Shown: piece after piece, positions 38,677 to 40,863 of the stretch
Layout of the letters: each line of letters begins with the position of its first letter
Position numbering within the stretch: position 1 is the stretch's first letter
DNA from: an uncultured Clostridia bacterium
Lineage (GTDB): Bacteria > Bacillota > Clostridia > TANB77 > CAG-508
Length of the DNA stretch: 40,863 bases
Assembly (NCBI GenBank): GCA_944393365.1
Contig: CALXZZ010000003.1
Location: 1-40,863, forward strand
Direction: 5' to 3'
Notes under the pieces: generated by a model
What the model saw: the letters and a program-made list of their open reading frames with translations, nothing else
The model's database searches: none
What the model was told of the DNA's origin: nothing
Translations under genes and position numbers: made by a program

Positions 38677-38913
38677 ATGATGTTGAAAAAAGATAATAAT
38701 AACAATGATATTAATAATGTTAATCAACTAAATCATAAAGATGAAACACATTCTAGGGAAGTAGAAGTAGGAGAAGACGCAACAAAATATGGGGAATTCA
38801 TATCATCATATTTTGCATGGATAACATTACCAGAACAAAAAGATAAAGCAAAAAAATTAGAAAATATAACAAAAACAAATAAAGATAAGAAAGAAGAAAA
38901 AGCAGAAAAATAG
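38677..38913 (+). CDS. Hypothetical protein, 78 aa
   Basis: RBS AGGAGA; low-complexity termini around the core KYGEFISSYFAWITLP. Confidence 0.55.
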   Translation: MMLKKDNNNNDINNVNQLNHKDETHSREVEVGEDATKYGEFISSYFAWITLPEQKDKAKKLENITKTNKDKKEEKAEK

Positions 38914-38984
38914 TATGAAATAAAGAGAATAAACGAGAAAAAATAAGAAAAAGAAAGTTTTTATATAGAAAAAATATTACAAAA

Positions 38985-39079
38985 GGTCAGAAAAGGTCAA
39001 AAAACGTTTTAAAAAGCACTTGAAAATATTTTAAAAGTGAGTATAATATATATTGTAGGTCAAAGAAAGTCAAAGTCAA
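38985..39079 (+). promoter_or_regulatory. ctsR operon promoter flanked by two CtsR boxes
   Basis: GGTCAGA-AAA-GGTCAAA (38985-39001) and GGTCAAA-GAA-AGTCAAA-GTCAA (39058-39079); TTGAAA-16-TATAAT between them. Confidence 0.88.
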
Positions 39080-39141
39080 CAAGACGATAATAATATATAA
39101 CTGCAAACTAAATAATGACAGCATATTGGAGGCGAAAGAAG

Positions 39142-39585
39142 ATGAGAATGTCAGATTTAATTGAAGAATTCATAAAAGATTTATTTGATGGAAATGAAGA
39201 AATAGAAATACAAAGAAACGAATTAGCAGAACACTTTAATTGTGTACCATCACAAATAAACTATGTAATATCAACAAGATTCAAGCCATCACAAGGATAC
39301 TATGTTGAAAGCAAAAGAGGTGGCGGAGGACACATAAAAATAAAAAAGGCAACTAATAGTAAATCAGACTATCTAATGTATATCATTAAAAACATTGGAA
39401 AACAAATAACATCAAATGAAGTAGATATACTAATTAGTGACTTTCTTTCATATGGTGTAATAGACCAAAAAGAAGCAAAACTACTTAAAGTTGCAACAAG
39501 TGACAATGTATTACAACTAACAAAAGATATAAAAGACGAAGTAAGAGCAAGAATATTTAAAAATATGTTAATTAATTTGGAATAG
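39142..39585 (+). CDS. ctsR: Class III heat-shock repressor CtsR
   Basis: SDLIEEFI, FNCVPSQINYVI, ESKRGGGG; start moved to ATG 39142. Confidence 0.95.
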   Translation: MRMSDLIEEFIKDLFDGNEEIEIQRNELAEHFNCVPSQINYVISTRFKPSQGYYVESKRGGGGHIKIKKATNSKSDYLMYIIKNIGKQITSNEVDILISDFLSYGVIDQKEAKLLKVATSDNVLQLTKDIKDEVRARIFKNMLINLE

Positions 39586-39646
39586 GGATTTGTGGACGGC
39601 CCCAAAAATCCTCAAAAGAGGAAAAGTGACACGTCCCTAAATTCTC
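39584..39646. repeat. REP-like GGAC hairpin pair, convergent (locus E)
   Basis: AGGGATTTGTGGACGGCCCCAAAAATCCT, then on the - strand GAGAATTTAGGGACGTGTCACTTTTCCTC. Confidence 0.7.
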
Positions 39647-39666
39647 TTAAAAAGGAGGAGATTAAA

Positions 39667-40272
39667 ATGTTATGTGATAACTGTGGAAAAAGAGAAGCAA
39701 ATGTAAGATATTCAGAAAATATCAATGGAAAAGTAAGAGAACTTAATTTATGTGAGGAATGTAGTCAAAAATTAGGAATTGGACATATGGATTTTAGTAT
39801 GCCAATGGATTTTTCTAATTTCTTTGGTGACTTCATGGAGGAATTTGCAAAACCAGAATGGATGCCACTATTAAATGAGGTTAAAACATTAACTTGTGAT
39901 AATTGCGGATATACATTTGATGATATTGTAAATACAGGAAAATTAGGATGTGGTAATTGCTATGATGTATTTGAAGTAAAATTAGACCCAATAATTAAAA
40001 GAATACAAGGTGCAAATCAACATGTAGGAAGAATTGGGAAAATTATAGATAATAAAATTGATAAAAAATTAAAACAATCTGAAAGTAAAGAAAATAATAC
40101 TTCAAACAATATGAATAATGCAGATAATAGCAAAGTAGAAAGCGCTAATAATAGCAAAGATAATGACAAGACAACAAAATTAGAGCAATTACAAGAACAA
40201 TTAAAATTAGCAATTAAAGAAGAAAGATATGAGGATGCAGCAAAAATAAGAGACGAAATCAAAAAGTGCTAA
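39667..40272 (+). CDS. mcsA: McsA, activator of protein-arginine kinase
   Basis: Four CxxC motifs, GKLGCGNCY, C-terminal UVR motif ERYEDAAKIRDEI; start moved to ATG 39667. Confidence 0.93.
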   Translation: MLCDNCGKREANVRYSENINGKVRELNLCEECSQKLGIGHMDFSMPMDFSNFFGDFMEEFAKPEWMPLLNEVKTLTCDNCGYTFDDIVNTGKLGCGNCYDVFEVKLDPIIKRIQGANQHVGRIGKIIDNKIDKKLKQSESKENNTSNNMNNADNSKVESANNSKDNDKTTKLEQLQEQLKLAIKEERYEDAAKIRDEIKKC

Positions 40273-40350
40273 TTAGGACGGCCCCGATTTGCACTAAATT
40301 GTGCAAAAGGGACAGGTCAAAGTGCAATTTGAGGCTATCCTAATTAGCAC
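40266..40350. repeat. REP-like inverted pair with a central GGGACAGG (locus F)
   Basis: GTGCTAATTAGGACGGCCCCGATTTGCACT is nearly the reverse complement of AGTGCAATTTGAGGCTATCCTAATTAGCAC; contains the mcsA stop. Confidence 0.7.
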
Positions 40351-40382
40351 CATTTGCATAGAAAGAAGAAAGGTGGTAAAAC

Positions 40383-40863
40383 ATGAATTGGTATTTACAA
40401 AGTAGTGAAAATAGCGATGTAGCAAAAAGTACACGAATTAGATTTGCAAGAAATATAGCAGGATTTCCTTTCAATCTAAAAACAAAACAAGAAAGGGAAG
40501 CGTTAGAAAATAAAATAAAAGACAATCTATATGGAATAGGATATGGACTCAAATTTTTCAAACTAAAAGATATGGATGATATAACAAAAATGAGTTTAGT
40601 TGAAAAAAATCTTATAAGTCCAGAATTTGCTTTAAATAAAAATGAAACCGGAAGTATTTTAATAAATGATGAGGAAAGCATCTGTATAATGATAGGCGAA
40701 GAGGACCATTTAAGAATACAGGTATTTAATTGTGGACTAGACTTAGAAAACACATTAAATTTAGCAATCGAATTAGACGAAAAAATAAATGAGACTTTAG
40801 GATATGCAATAAATAAAAAATATGGATATTTAACAGCATGCCCAACAAATGTTGGAACAGGAT
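40383..40863 (+). CDS. mcsB: Protein-arginine kinase McsB (partial, runs off the window)
   Basis: MNWYLQ..STRIRFARNI, EEDHLRIQ, GYLTACPTNVGTG. Confidence 0.93.
   Translation, partial: MNWYLQSSENSDVAKSTRIRFARNIAGFPFNLKTKQEREALENKIKDNLYGIGYGLKFFKLKDMDDITKMSLVEKNLISPEFALNKNETGSILINDEESICIMIGEEDHLRIQVFNCGLDLENTLNLAIELDEKINETLGYAINKKYGYLTACPTNVGTG

Noticed and set aside
3401-39666. Extended N-termini given by the ORF track (3401, 4896, 12146, 17701, 33253, 39115, 39592)
   Set aside because: Downstream start codons have clear RBSs and match family starts; the extensions overlap neighbouring genes, promoters or repeats.
40080-40170. Asn-rich short repeats in mcsA
   Set aside because: An in-frame low-complexity linker before the UVR motif; ordinary variation.
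1003-40753. Numerous 60-200 aa ORFs antisense to long genes (e.g. 19651-20262, 20554-21054, 35612-36046, 40340-40753)
   Set aside because: They are shadows of A-rich coding strands (F/L/S/I-rich), lack RBSs and largely overlap well-supported genes.

Overview
AT-rich chromosomal segment of a Clostridia-like Bacillota, probably an uncultured gut lineage (inferred from gene content, AGGAGG-type RBSs and sigmaA promoters). Almost all genes lie on the + strand. The backbone is housekeeping: pepV, split transketolase, ftsEX with two M23 hydrolases, ctpA, pgsA, greA, rlmN, cmk, plsC, typA, folA, tRNA-Leu(CAA), carAB, perR-rubrerythrin, rsmE, yloC-remA-rpoZ-gmk and ctsR-mcsA-mcsB (partial). The unexplained parts are: (1) a four-gene unit encoding a CYTH triphosphate-tunnel enzyme with a large insertion, fused in frame to a divergent Ham1/ITPase-like domain, followed by an NMT1/THI5-type ABC importer; (2) a dispersed family of REP-like hairpins with a conserved GGAC(G/A) core and variable stems; (3) a ~276 bp branched palindrome after greA; (4) a structured sRNA candidate with a consensus promoter, divergent from a small-ORF/terminator leader of carAB; (5) a double-domain ThyX with its motifs split between the two halves, upstream of folA; (6) an HTH-PIN gene broken by one in-frame TAA. 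No CRISPR array, transposase, integrase or rRNA was seen. All family assignments come from motif recognition by eye, not from database searches.
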